Assembly (NCBI GenBank): GCA_016748015.1
Contig: JAAOMT010000231.1
Span: 145,453-209,452, forward strand
Origin: Geosiphon pyriformis uo1
Taxonomy: Eukaryota; Fungi; Glomeromycota
Length of the DNA stretch: 64,000 nt
Direction: 5' to 3'
Below the pieces are notes generated by a model. That model worked only from the letters and a program-made list of their open reading frames with translations. It was not told the origin of the DNA and ran no database searches. Positions 13,245 through 26,077 of the stretch are shown piece by piece. Numbering within the stretch: position 1 is the stretch's first letter; each line of letters opens with the position of its first letter. A program made the translations under genes and the position numbers.

Positions 13245-14289
13245 ATGACCAAGTTCAGTTCTAGGAATAAAATATACATGACTTTGAAAATCTTTATAGT
13301 GTACACACTATTATTATTGATTCAGGTATATTTAATTGCTGACCTATGAATTCTCTGTTTTCAAATACTCGAGTTTTGACTCTGCGAATAGATTCCGTTT
13401 TCATGAATCATGATCTTTTCTTGACATGCCATTTTTTTTGCGATTTTATTAAAACTTTTCAATTTTTTTGGCTATAACAGAAAGAGGTAAATGGAGAACG
13501 ATTCAATGGGATTGTAGATTTACCAGGAAGAAAGACATGGTATGGTTGTAGTCACGTTGAAGCGAACATTGTTAGTAGGTAAAAGTCTTTTCGTCATATC
13601 CGAAAAATCTTCCATAAAAATTCACAATTTTACTTAAACCCATTCGTTCAGGCTTCCAAGTGTCTTTAGCCACTTACAATTCAACAACCGAAAACCCGAT
13701 CAAAGGCTTTACAAAACCAAATAACCTTTACAAATCAGCTACTCCCGGGTTTATCGTTGTCTTAACTGATGAGATCAACATAAGGAAATATATAAATCCA
13801 AAAATACAACTATCCGATTTTTACCCTAAATTGTCATGTTGGTCCAAAGATCCAGTTAAACCTGTAACAAGTTGTTCCAAATCTGGACGTATTTATGAAA
13901 ATTCCAAGAGATTATGTATTGCAGTGACGAATCCAACTAAAAAAAAATTGAAATTCTCTTTGGAACTCGAATTTCAAAAATTGCCTAACCCCACTGTTGG
14001 TACTGGTTATTACACAAATTATTCCAATACTATAACACCATCAACCACTATTGCATCAATGCCTACAAGTACAAGTACAATTACAACTACAACTACAACT
14101 ACAACTACAACTACAACTACAACGACAACGACAACGACAGATAGCACTAGTGCATCATCAACTTCGAATGCTAATGGCGCTATAGGTAGTATGGGATATC
14201 CAATGGGTAACGTTTCAATTTATCCTGTTCTGGGTATAGTATTTACATTTTTAGGGACAGCAGTTTGTTTATTGGTTGGAAACTTTTAA
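13245..14289 (+). CDS. Secreted/GPI-anchored Cys-containing surface protein with Thr-rich stalk (paralog 1)
   Basis: Three exons (13245-13325, 13481-~13574, 13652-14289) with GT-AG introns; N-terminal hydrophobic signal, TWYGCS and LCIAVTNP motifs, poly-Thr, C-terminal hydrophobic tail. Confidence 0.85.
14083..14140 (+). repeat. (ACAACT/ACAACG)n coding microsatellite, poly-Thr
   Basis: Directly visible; encodes the Thr run in the 13660-14289 ORF. Confidence 0.95.
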
Positions 14290-16455
14290 TTTTCCTCTAA
14301 ATTATATATTTTATTTCGAATACTTTCTTTATAAATTTATGATAAACTTAAAATTTTAATGAAATAAACATTTTTGAAAAGTGGTTAATATTGACAGATT
14401 TGCTTGCTTTTTGGTTCCTTGGAATTCATTATGTTGGATTGATAGAATGTAGCCTGAATAATATATTTTTTACTAATATTTCAAAGGATGTAGCTAATGT
14501 TACAGAATTTGTGACTAATGGTGGCTATTATTCCTATAGACTTTTGTTGGCTAATGTACATGTGACTTCACATAGAATTTTTTCATCGAGCACCAAATAA
14601 AATGTCTCGTAAGAGGTCCGCGTAGTCAATAAAATTACGCAAAAGCCTTCTAGCAAGTTCTGATGGCTGTAAAGATATGTAAAATGCTAAATAAATACGT
14701 ATATTTTGAATCCTCCACTCTTTTCGTTTCCTCAAATAACAGTCTTATTAATGACTTTTTTCTCCCTATGAAGCATTTAACAGCTCGGAATCTTCTCCAG
14801 AACACTTCGTCGCTGGCATGCTCAAGGAAATTTAAAGCTACACATAGTTTAGGTGGGTGTTCAGTTATATTCCTTCGAAGATATTTTCCACCCCAGCCTC
14901 TGGAACAGCCTGTGATTACATTTATGCACAGCTCTCAAAGCCCCAAAAAACACTAGGACAGAAAATTTATTTCCAATAGCATTATCCCTCTTATGGTATC
15001 ATCACAAATGTGGTTAGTAGCATCAATTTTAAGATATCAGGCCTTAGAACCCTATTGGAATTCTAAACAAGAAATGATCATACAGTAATATTTGTACATT
15101 TTTATTGCTTTTATATAAAGCCTCACATGAGCAAATCAAATAATTCAGGATCGAAGATTTAATTTGATAAAATTCGAGCCAGTTTTGTGGGAAAATCATT
15201 ATGACTTTTTTAATTTAAAAAATTGTGAATAATTCTGTTGCTTTGAATATGATCTTTTCAAACATATTTTTAATTTCAATGACATTAAAATCATCATAAT
15301 TTATTTACAAGATACTACATCATTTATCATTGCAGCTTAAAAACTGGTTGAAAACAAAATTCAGTAAAAAGTTAATGAAAAAATTTTTTAATTATAAAAG
15401 TCTAACCTTTTTTTTTGTTATTTTTTGTGATATAAACATACTAAAAATAAAATATAAAGTTTATAAATAAATAAATTATTTATTTTTTAATTATTAAAAC
15501 ATATTAGATAAAATAAAATGGAAACAAAACCAAACAATAAAACAATACAACAAATGATAATTTGAACACATTCAAAATTTAAAAAGATATTAAAATTAAT
15601 GAATTTGATTAACATGTTTTTTTGGTGTTTAAAGTTACACAAACAAAATTTGCAATTGATGTGAATGGTTTTACAAAAAGTTGAAAGGAAAGAAGGTCTT
15701 TAAATCTCAATGATGCACGTGAAATATTTCCTTGGGTATTATTAGATGGCTGTTTAAAATTTGAAAATATATCATATTTTCTTTTTCTTTAATAAATCAA
15801 TTAACCGCTGATTAAATAAGAAGTAATACACTTTTAATGTTTAATTAATCAGAACTGAACACAGCAAATAAATAGTAAATGAAGCATGAGTCATTCTCGG
15901 TTTTTTGATAAAAATACTCAATGCACTTAATAACACTGGCAAATCATATCAGAAAAACGAATTCATATTCAGAGTCAAAAAAACATCCGCCGTCATATTA
16001 TAAAAGAAGTTTAAACCCTAAAACATTAGAAGAATGGCAAAATTAAATGTTTTATCATCTCATTAGGTATTACTACGCACGATAATGGTGGAGAGGGATA
16101 GAATTACCAGACACTATAAAAATCCAGCTTTTTTGAACTCTAAAAAAATGATGGATCTGGTTAAATGTCGTTTTGGACATATAAACAATGCGCTCGTGAG
16201 TTTGGCGGGCTTTGCTAGATGGAGCTGTCCAGTTGGACATATCATGATTATTTAATATCTATCTGAATCCGACTCAAGCCATTATGAAAATGAAATCGAT
16301 TGAAATTTTGACATGCCAAAATATAATAAATTAATTTTATTTAAATCAATGATCAACGATGATCAATTATTTATAGTAAGACAGAGTGATACTTGCTTAT
16401 TAAATTAATTAAACCAAAGATTAACAGGATCATTTGTCTTTTTCGACTCTGCAAA

Positions 16456-17566
16456 ATGACTTCTTCCTCTGCTATTAGTACATATTCCGCCGTGGTTATT
16501 GGGGCTACAGGTATCTGGTATCATAAGCGTTAAAGAAATGGTTATATATTGTAACAACACCTTATAACAATCTATCTTTATCTAATATCACTTTGTCAAA
16601 TAGGCGCGGTTGGTTCAGCTCTAACTCGCGAACTCCTTTCATCCCCACGTTGCACCAGCGTAACAGCTCTCAACAGACGCTCCATAGATCCTACTTTCTA
16701 CCTTTCGCCACCCAACTCACCATCCTCTGAATCCCTCTCGCTCACACCTGATCTCTCTAAACTCCAGCAACACATTATAAATCTTGACGAGATCAATACA
16801 CCAACAACTCAATCTTTAATCGCACCACATGATGTGGCGTTTTGTACCGTTGGCGTAGGCCAACCGACTAAAGAGAAATATGAATACGTACATAAGATTG
16901 AGGTTGAAAATGCGACTGAATTTGCAAAAGCATGCAAAGATGCGGCAGGGAGTCGAATAAAACATATTTCGTTGTTGTCTGGTCAAGGTGCGAGTGAAAA
17001 TAGTCGTATTTCTTTGTTAAAGTTGAAGGCGGAGGTTGAAAAAAATTACGAGGACGTTGGAATTAGGAGAACTAGTTTTTTTCAGCCTAGTGTGATGATC
17101 ACGAAAACCATGAGATATGGCGCCGTAGGTGAGTAATACGAATCGAAATATTTAGTTTGTTTTGGCGAATATTTAATATTTTATAAAGCCTGACCTTTGG
17201 TCAATATAAAGAATAACAAACAAAGAATAATTCTCATTTAAGTCTCTATTGCCATTAATAGACATATTCAATCAATTCGTCTTTCCTAAAATCTCGGTAT
17301 TAGCCCCTCAAAGGTGGCGTGAGATTGCGGTGTGGGACTTGGGTCGAGCTATGAGAATCAATGCGGAGATTAATCTCGACAAAAATAAAGACTTGAATGA
17401 AAATGTGATTGAACGTTTAGGTTGGAAGGTAAAAAATTTTATATTAATTTCAATATAAATAAATAAGGTGTAATAGATTTTAGTTTTAAATCTTTAGGAA
17501 TTCCATGAACTTTTGGATCTTGAAAAGGAAACAATTGGAAAGGATAAGAAGTGTAGCCGTAAGTGA
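16456..17566 (+). CDS. NAD(P)-binding Rossmann-fold oxidoreductase, HTATIP2/TIP30/Fmp52-like
   Basis: Spliced VVIGATG|AVGSALTRELL nucleotide-binding motif, AFCTVG, HISLLSGQGA, KLKAEVE, SFFQPS; four exons with GT-AG introns; stop TGA 17564-17566. Confidence 0.88.
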
Positions 17567-18739
17567 TTGACCGACGAAGTTTGAAAATTTTTGGATTAAT
17601 ACTTTGGTCTGTGGCAGCTTCTCTCTGAAGAATGGATATTACAATCTAGTATTTTAATGTAATGCAATTTCGGTCTGGTTGCTAAGTGTTAGAATATAAT
17701 TTAGTTAAAAGACAACGATTTTTAAATTGCCTTTTATATAGTTACTTATAATAATATATTTTATTAATATTTTAAGTATTAATTATGGTTTTATCGAAAT
17801 TTCTAATAACATATTCTTTATTAAACTTTAAAAAATTAAAAAATGTTTTAAGGTTAGATATGATGTATGACTTATCCAAATATAAAATGACTTTTTATAA
17901 AATTAAAACTCTTGAAAAAGAGTTTTAATATTTTCAAATCAATTAAACTTTGCAGCTTATTAAGAAATTCATTTATTAACTATTTTCTTACAAAATATTT
18001 TAAATATTGGTTCAATTATTTATAAATATGATTTATCTAAATATTTTATATCAGAATTTTCGCTAACTAAAAAATCCATTTCAATTTGTATTAAACAAAA
18101 TTATTAATGAATTTATTTCTAATTTAAGAAGAAAATAGATATTTAATAATTATAATAGACTTTGTTTCAACTAAAATAAAAGATTTTTTGTTTTCAATAT
18201 TATTATTCTGCACAACATATAGAAACTATTTCAAATACTGTAAAATCAATTTTTTGGTATTCGATTTTTTATTTTTATTCTATTAGAACTTTTTCAATAA
18301 AGGTCTGCTTTATATTCTAAAATCTTTGGCTGAATCGATTTAAACGATAAAAATTGCTCTATTTCAAATATATATTGAGAATTTTTTATTTGAATAGAAA
18401 AGAAATAATTCGGTCATTACAGAATAACATTAATCTCTATTTCAGATATCTTCATTAATAAAATGGATGAAATTTCAATAGAGGCAATAATGAGTCGAAT
18501 TTTTTGACATGTTTGGTTTGATTTTTTTTTTATAAATTGACAAACCTCATTAAATATTTTTTCATTCAAGATTATCCACAAATTTGAAATTTTCTTTGGC
18601 AAATGATAAAATTAATAAATTTAGAAACCCGGAAATGAATTTTACTTAAATAGAGGAAAATTTTTCTGTCTATAAATCTAAATTTTTCTCAATAATAAGC
18701 GTGAATACAAAGTTTACACAAAATAAGGTTTGACTTATT

Positions 18740-18800
18740 TTTCTTCAAATCTTGTTTTGAAGGATTAGGATTGAGAAATTATGAATCATATTCAACCCTT
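18740..18800 (-). ncRNA. Candidate omegaRNA scaffold fragment (two adjacent hairpins)
   Basis: Immediately 3' of the Fanzor ORF on its sense strand: an AGGGUUGA..UCAAUCCU stem (8 bp with one G-U) and a CUUCAAA-6nt-UUUGAAG stem. Based on position and structure only. Confidence 0.25.
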
Positions 18801-19800
18801 TATTCCGGATCAATAATAGGCAATATTAAGCATGGTCGTTTTAGGACCAAGGCTCCATCAAGCAATGCCCGGAGGAAGATCTCCTGAGCACCATTTTCAT
18901 CTCTGTCTATCAAAATCCCACAATCTCTCTGATTCTTTGGATGTTGACACATTGACTACAAGCCTTTGATCGTTCTAGGTAGTAACACGAACATCTAATT
19001 CCTCAGCCTTACCGATCAGGCATTTTCCAAAGCGGTAATGCGCCCAACAAAGCATTTCTGGACAGTTTTTCGTGTAATCTTTCTTGAGTTGTCAAAAGGA
19101 GGAAATCGAATACGCGGGTAAAGAATCTGACTGATTTCCAGTGAATTCACTTTGCCTTATCAAGTCATCAGGCAATTTAATTCTGAGAAGGATGCTACTA
19201 ACTTATCCTTTTTACAGATGAGATCATCCAAGTACTTGAAAATGCAAACTATACGTCCAACAGAATGTTCGCCAGTCTTACCTGTACCTTTTGTGGGAGA
19301 GTGCCATGTAAAAAGCGTACGGACGCCAGGATCAAAAGACTGCATGAACAGAGCCATCCCGTTTGGGTTTCGCGGAGCTGTTTTTGCGTCTGGTATACCC
19401 CGGCAAATTTCTGTTCCGACATTATATTGTGAGGAACGGGCCACCTATTATTATGTTTCTTCTTTTTTCGAAATCAAGAAGCCACAAAGCACGCTTATTA
19501 CTGAGATAGTCTCTAAAATCTTTTTATTGATTTCAGCCGCCTCCTGAGAGCATCTTTTTAAAGAAATTGCAACCATACATGTAGCAAGAAGCACTTACAT
19601 TCCTGCATTTCGGCGAGTGGCTGATTGAGCTATTGATCTAAAAGTCCATCTTCCTTCTTGAAATGGTAATCTTCAGAAATACTTGTTGTACATTTTTCAT
19701 GTTTAGAGGGCGTGTTTTTTCATTCCAACGAGGCGAATGGGATGGTTGTTCTTGCAAATGAATGCTATAAACTCCTTGGTCTTTGCGTCAGATTGTACAT
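18800..19800 (-). pseudogene. Decayed Fanzor2 / IS607-type TnpB RNA-guided nuclease gene
   Basis: Motifs in the expected order across frameshifts: INKKIL/RDYLSN..WLLD, RuvC-I SFDPGVRTLFT (Asp codon at 19331-19333), RKITRKTV..MLCWAHYRF, KAEELDVRV..NE..SKACSQC, CGILIDRDENGAQEIFLRAL (RuvC-III). Confidence 0.9.
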
Positions 19801-20330
19801 TTTAACTTTAGCTTTGTGCTCTGTTAGAAGATGGCCGTTATAGTCGTCCCTCATTTTATCATCAAGGGGATAATCTTTTAAATGAGTGGTCAAGTCAAAT
19901 CATCCTTGTCTTTAGCCATGTCGCGATAAATTTCTTTGCCTTCATTTGATAATTAAGCTGTTCATATTTATATAGCATAATCGAGTCATATCGACCTTAA
20001 TACATTTGAGAATTTGTCAAGATCAGGAACAGCGACAAGATTGCTGTCAAGTTCCACGGCACACACTCTTATTATTTAGGATAATTCCATATTTGGCGTT
20101 ATTGACCTTATAGAAGTCTTTCTCTCAAATCAATTATGAGTTCAATCTATTTCTTCGACCATGGAGACTGATCAAACTCAAATATCTTCCAAATTTCTTA
20201 ATTTGCGTCCTCAAATATGGTTTTTCTTATAGCATATATTCAGAAAAAGCTTTTTACCTCTTGTTTAATATTCATCCTCCAATTTTTGAAAGCTACTTTT
20301 AATAATCACTCATCAACTCCATCGTTTCAA
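19801..20330 (-). pseudogene. Decayed coding segment reading in frame into the Fanzor ORF (unknown N-terminal domain)
   Basis: FDLTTHLKDYPLDDKMRDDYNGHLLTEHKAKVK runs without a stop into MYNL at 19800; further upstream NAKYGIILNNKSVCRGT*QQSCRC..PDLDKFSNVLRSI*LDYAI..LSNEGKEIYRDMAK. Confidence 0.6.
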
Positions 20331-22171
20331 TACTAAGGGTTATCAGAATGAGAGTTACATATTTCGATTAATTTCTAGGAAACATCCTTCATTGCAGCAG
20401 TACAATATTGTTAAAGTATTGGATTTCCTTTGTGTCCATCTAAAACCAGTTTATGCTAATTATCCTGCCTCAAAGACTGGTCTAAAGATCCAAGTTTTAG
20501 ATTTGTTTCGATCTAACGACGAGCGAATCGATGACCAAAATGCTAGCGAGTGGTGTAGATCCAAAAATGTTACATGTGATACAGGTTTCATGTAAAACCC
20601 ATATTAATCTTGTGAAACGAAACCTATAATTACTTTCTGAACTTTCTGGCGTTCTTGATAAAATATATAAAAGCAAATCATATTTACATCTTTACAATGT
20701 CAAATATGTCTTTTTTAATTCATTTGATCTTCTTTTACAATTTTTACAATCTTTCAATTGGTTGACATATGTGTTTTAAGCCTTTGGCAAAAAGGTAATT
20801 TCAAATAACAAAATTAATTTTTTTTATTCTTACAAATATGATAAAACAGCATCAATTGAAAAACGTCTGGCTTCAAAAAAAGTATACTTAAAACAAAATT
20901 TTAAAATATAAATTATTCAGAAATATAATTATTATTATATATATATTAAATACCGAAACTTTAATTGTTTTGGACTAATAATCCCAAATTAACTTTTTTA
21001 AAAAAATAAATGATTAATAACAGATAATAAAAGTTTCAGGATTTTCAACTAGTCACAATTTAAAGCAAAAAGTTGCAATTCTTAATAAAAAATGCTTGAA
21101 ACTCATTTGCACCTATTTGCAACCAGTTGTAATGTTATTTTTAATCTGTATATTTTAATATAAATGGGAACCACCTTAGCCACATTTCAATATAAAAACT
21201 CAATCACGATTATATTTTCATTAGTAAATTTCTTAATTTGCTTGAAAATTTTTACTTAATAATGATTTAGATTTTATGATGTATTATAATTCTTTTAAAA
21301 ACTTTTAATTAAAGGTAGATTTACAAGACTTTGGCACGCAAGTTGCCAGAATGAGTGCTATTTTATTGTAGCTTATTAACATAATTCCTTCATTGCATGG
21401 TTTTAGGACCAGCGGGTCCAACTGGTATGGCTGTTTGTAGGTCTTGCAACACCGGAAGAGGGAGTAGTATAATGTATGTATACACAGATGACATAAATTT
21501 CATAAGTGTAACATTGAATGGTTCCGATTTGCTGCACTGTCCCACAACCCCGTTTAATCTGAAAAAAAAAATTTGAAAAAATTGAAGAAACGGATCAAAA
21601 AATATGTCCAAATTGAACGATATTATTAGGAAATAGAATCATTATTATTTCATGTTGGATTTAGAACCAAAAGGATAGTAAGATTTGTTGTTGGTTAATA
21701 TATACCCTTTTCTTGAATGCTATTTAATATTACTACATGAATTATACAAATACAAAAGTTACGATTAGATGAAGATGGAAATCAGATTCGGGCGTTTACG
21801 GTTGAAAGGTGATCCCCAATCTAAGATTAATGTTGACTAATCAAGAAAACCTGAATACTTGAGATGCCTTTAGTAACAGGGAAACAGAGGTTGCTGTAAT
21901 TTAATTAAACCTCAGGTATAGCTCAAAATAAGTGAAGAAATTTTGGAGTAAGGTTAAAGGATGGCAGAGGTATTGTCCATTGAAAAAAAAAATTTCTATT
22001 AGCAAGGAACGGCAGGGATATCTGTGGCATCAAACATAGTTTAAAATAACTTTCGAAAAGGTTTGATGCAAGTCATAATTCGCACCAGCGTGAGCCATCT
22101 TAAATGCTCATCCGGGAGTACCCAGTGATATTAATTCACAACATCCCAATCCAGCAACACGTAGTCTGCAG

Positions 22172-24045
22172 TTAATCGATTGACCACCGCTTTGTGTGCC
22201 GGTTCTCAAGATTAAATCCTGGATCATTTATGGATATATCTTCAACGCTATCAGATGTGACATTGCGACGTGATACTGAAATTAAGAATTTTGATGAGCA
22301 TATATATGTAAAGAAATCAAGACAAGTTTTAAGAATTTAATTTACAATGAAATTTGAGGCCTTTATCAAAATTTTTGAGGCATAGTGCAGAGATTATTAA
22401 AGTCACCTAAGTAATAAGGCTTTAATAAATAAAAAGAAAAACCAGTATGATTTCAATTTAGGAAAGATAAATCAGCTTACCACTCCCAATAATAAACATA
22501 CGAAGACTAAATTTGAAAGGATTTAATGATCAGCTATTATGAAAAAACACAAGTTGTACTATTATCAAAAATATTTCATGTAACTTACGGAAAAATGTAG
22601 CAAATATTCTTGTTCCCTGATACTTTGAAGGGTTGGTTAAAATATCTACAATCTTTGAAATAATATAGCCTTCAGTGCCGATACATCCAATCATAAAGAA
22701 ATACATGAGTAGCTTTCGCTCTGTTTGTACCTAATATATTATTAGCAATAAAGATTTGATCAGCCTGGATCATGAATCTCAAACAGATCAAATATGAATT
22801 ATTCATCCTTAGTTACCCCCCAAAATGCAAGTACAATCATTGATATGGAAACCACTGTTGATAATGTTATATGTAGCCAAATGTTCCCAGCGAAAATCAC
22901 TACGATTACCAAAAATTGGATGGTGAAGCCGACGAAAAAGAAAATATCTAATTTTAGCAACATGATGAAAACTGTAGGGAAAATTAAGAGGTTAAGGATT
23001 TTCAATTTTATAGCTACATAACGAAACCAGAAAACAAATCCATCTTACTTTGGTACATTTTGTATCGATCTAAAAGACATGTAATTAATTCATTAATTAG
23101 TATCATGCAAAATGATGAAATTGATAAAATTTTCAAAGGTTGACTCAGTCTGCTTGCTTGCTTGCCTCTCATATTCATATCAGCTCCAATACGCTTATAT
23201 ATACTCCATCCAAATTCTTTGTAAAGCTTATAGGCGAGATAAGCGAATCCACACGCGAAAAAAGTCATAATAATTAAAATTGCGACCTCATATGGTATTT
23301 CAGATAATTTAGGGTATTGAAGCTCATCAAAATGATCGTCGATAGACTTGATTGGTTGAGAATCAGACGAATTATTTGATTGGAGACTAAGCAAGTTGAG
23401 AGATTGAACAACTAGATGAATTGAAAACAGATTCATTTGAATATATTATATTATTGAATCAAAAAAAAATAAGAATGTCCTTAACTCACTTTGAATAGCG
23501 GAATACGATAAAATGCCAACAGAAAACAAGGATAATGCTATCAGTTGGATGGTATTTTCGTGATAAAGCTATTTATAATTAATAAACTTTAATTGGTTTA
23601 TTGAATATAATAATTGAACTAAAAACAATTAGATAAACTTTCTTTTAACTTGTACTTACAGCATCGACGCATAATACGAACTGAAATATCTGGCTGATAA
23701 TAAACAAGATATGATATACTGACATACTTTTAGCATTCAAAAAAACTATATTGTATGAATCCTTTGGAAGATCTTTTGAAATAACACTTATATCTTCTAT
23801 GTGGGCCACTTTGCTTGTATGCATGGTGTACACAATAGATTCGAGTGCAATGATGAGAATCATTTGAGCAAAAGAGGAGAAAAGAGCCCATTTGGCATAA
23901 CGTGATTGCCCAAACTAATTTTCAGACAAGAAAAAAAAATAAAAAATGAGCATCAATAGAAGTGATATTGAGATATTTGATAAATCGATTGATTTCCATT
24001 AACATATTGTGATTGCCTTCAAAGGTTTACTTGAAAAATAGTCAT
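22172..24045 (-). CDS. Multi-pass membrane protein (fungal UPF0658-like family)
   Basis: Many short exons; motifs ENTIQLIA, EFGWSIYKRIGAD, IFIMLLKLDIFFF, NFDKGLK, RWSID*; ATG at 24045. Confidence 0.8.
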
Positions 24046-26077
24046 TAGAAAATTTTTGACCTTCCTTGTTGCGCACTTTTTTTCATAACTGACTTTGAGG
24101 ATAATTTGATTCGCCGCTGTATGAAGCAAAATTTTTTTGAATAATCCCACTTACCAATTTTGCCTGTAATACGGAAAACATGGTTGGCTAGTGAAAATAT
24201 TAAAAAAAAATGCTTACAAAAGAAAAGCAATAGATTTGAAAATTAAAATGAAAAGTCTGGCTAAAGCAAAAAGAAAGTGTATGGTGTGGGGGTAAGACGA
24301 AGGGTTTTTCTGGCTAAAATAATAGGTTGTAATCAGGTGTCAAGAGAGTAAGAGCGCTAGTAAGGCTTTGACCAAAAAGTCAGGTCTCGAACCGCGACAG
24401 CCCATGAAGTAAGTTTTGGCCAGCCAGATGTTTCTCAATTTTCTAAAAAGATAGACTGAAGGGCGAAACGAAGAAGCAAAGAGGCTTACAATTGAGCGGA
24501 CATGGACAGGAAAAGGTGAAAAAACCGAGGTGTATCTGTTATTAATATGACGAATGATGCTACTGGATAGAAGGAAACATCTAATATTTATCTGAACACA
24601 AAATATAATCCACGAGTTAGCATGGCCTAAAATAAGGTCTAAACTCTTTAAGCTTAGCTTAGGAACGCTTGGAATTCTCGATAATAATAAAAGCCCTCGA
24701 GAAACTAATTTCTTCTTGCTAATTTTGGATGAGGGTACTACACACCATACTGCCCTTGCAGCAAGAAAGATTTAGATTAGGCTTTTTCAAAAAGATGACG
24801 ATCATTTTTGTCTAATTAAATTAATTAATATCAAAAAAAATAAAAATAAAAATAAAAATAAATCCATTTATAATTTATAATATAAAATCTTTTATATTGA
24901 GATCCATATTAATGAATATTTATATATGAAATTAATAATTTGTTATTATTATTATTTTGATGCATAATTATTAAAAATCAGTGTATTTCAAATAAATTAT
25001 TTTATGTTAATATTTTTAAAATTTTTAATTCATAAAACAATTTATTATGAAAAAATTTTATTTTTTAATTATTATTATAATTGAAATTAAATTAGACAAA
25101 ATACTTTTATTTTTTATATAATTAATAACAAGTCTAATTTTTTATAATAAATTTTATAATAATAAAATGTATTTATATAAAATAATAATTTTATTTTATT
25201 TTAAACTTAAAAAATTATTTTTTGTATTAATAATATAATAAATATTATTATTTTTTAATATTGCATTTAAAATTTAGATTGTTTGATTTAAATTAAAAAA
25301 GTATTAAAATTACATTAAATTAAGCTTATAAGTTTTATTTTTGAATTAATAAATTTAAAAATAAAATAATCAATATTTAATATTTAAATATAAATCAAAA
25401 AATTATTATTATTTTTATATTATTAAAAAATATATATTGATTTTATTTATTAAATATTAATATTTGCCAAAAACATTATATAAAATAAAAGATTTAATAT
25501 GTAATAAAATTTTTAACAGTAAACAAAGGAATATCAAAACCAAAAAACAATAAAAAAAAGAAAAAGAGGGAAAGAAACGGACAATCAATAAAAAATGAGT
25601 TAATAGAAATGTAGATCAAGAAATAACCTCCGTTGTTTTGATTATATTGACTTTTTATTTTTTACTTCAAAATACTCGAAAATTGAAATTAAAAAATATT
25701 ATTTCTGAAAAAATTTTGTCGGCTTTGAAGCGAAAAGAGTATATTCAAGCATTGAAGGGTAATACTCCTCATTCAATATTTCTTAGCTCTGAAAAGTTTC
25801 ATCCATTCTTTAAACTAATAAAATCATTGAATAAATAGCTGCTTATTCTTTCAACGTACAACTTTCTCAATGATGATCAAATATTATGAGATAGGTGCAC
25901 CGCATATATTATTCAAGTTACCAACAAGTACATGTAGAATGCATGACATTGGTAATAAATGGTCAAAAATCACTAAAAATGAGCTATCCAAAAAAAAAAA
26001 TTCACTTATACTTTTCTTTCTTGTTTATATTACAATTATTTTGTCGAGATCCCATTTATTAAAATTCAAAACAAACA

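Noticed and set aside
14560-14960. Possible second kinase relic on the minus strand (CVALNFLE, TFYLVLDE)
   Set aside because: Too fragmentary; no catalytic-loop or DFG/DLG motif found.
19152-19547. 131-aa plus-strand ORF
   Set aside because: Antisense shadow of the Fanzor relic.
19900-19960. HMG-box call for LSNEGKEIYRDMAK
   Set aside because: It resembles HMG helix 3, but the preceding HMG motifs are absent; left as an unknown domain.
21390-22150. Exon-like piece after a CAG acceptor at ~21560 (minus strand)
   Set aside because: No coherent upstream exons or start codon could be joined.
24375-24405. tRNA gene suggested by GGTTCGAGACC on the minus strand
   Set aside because: The T-stem does not pair and no acceptor, D or anticodon arms can be folded; at most an isolated B-box-like motif.
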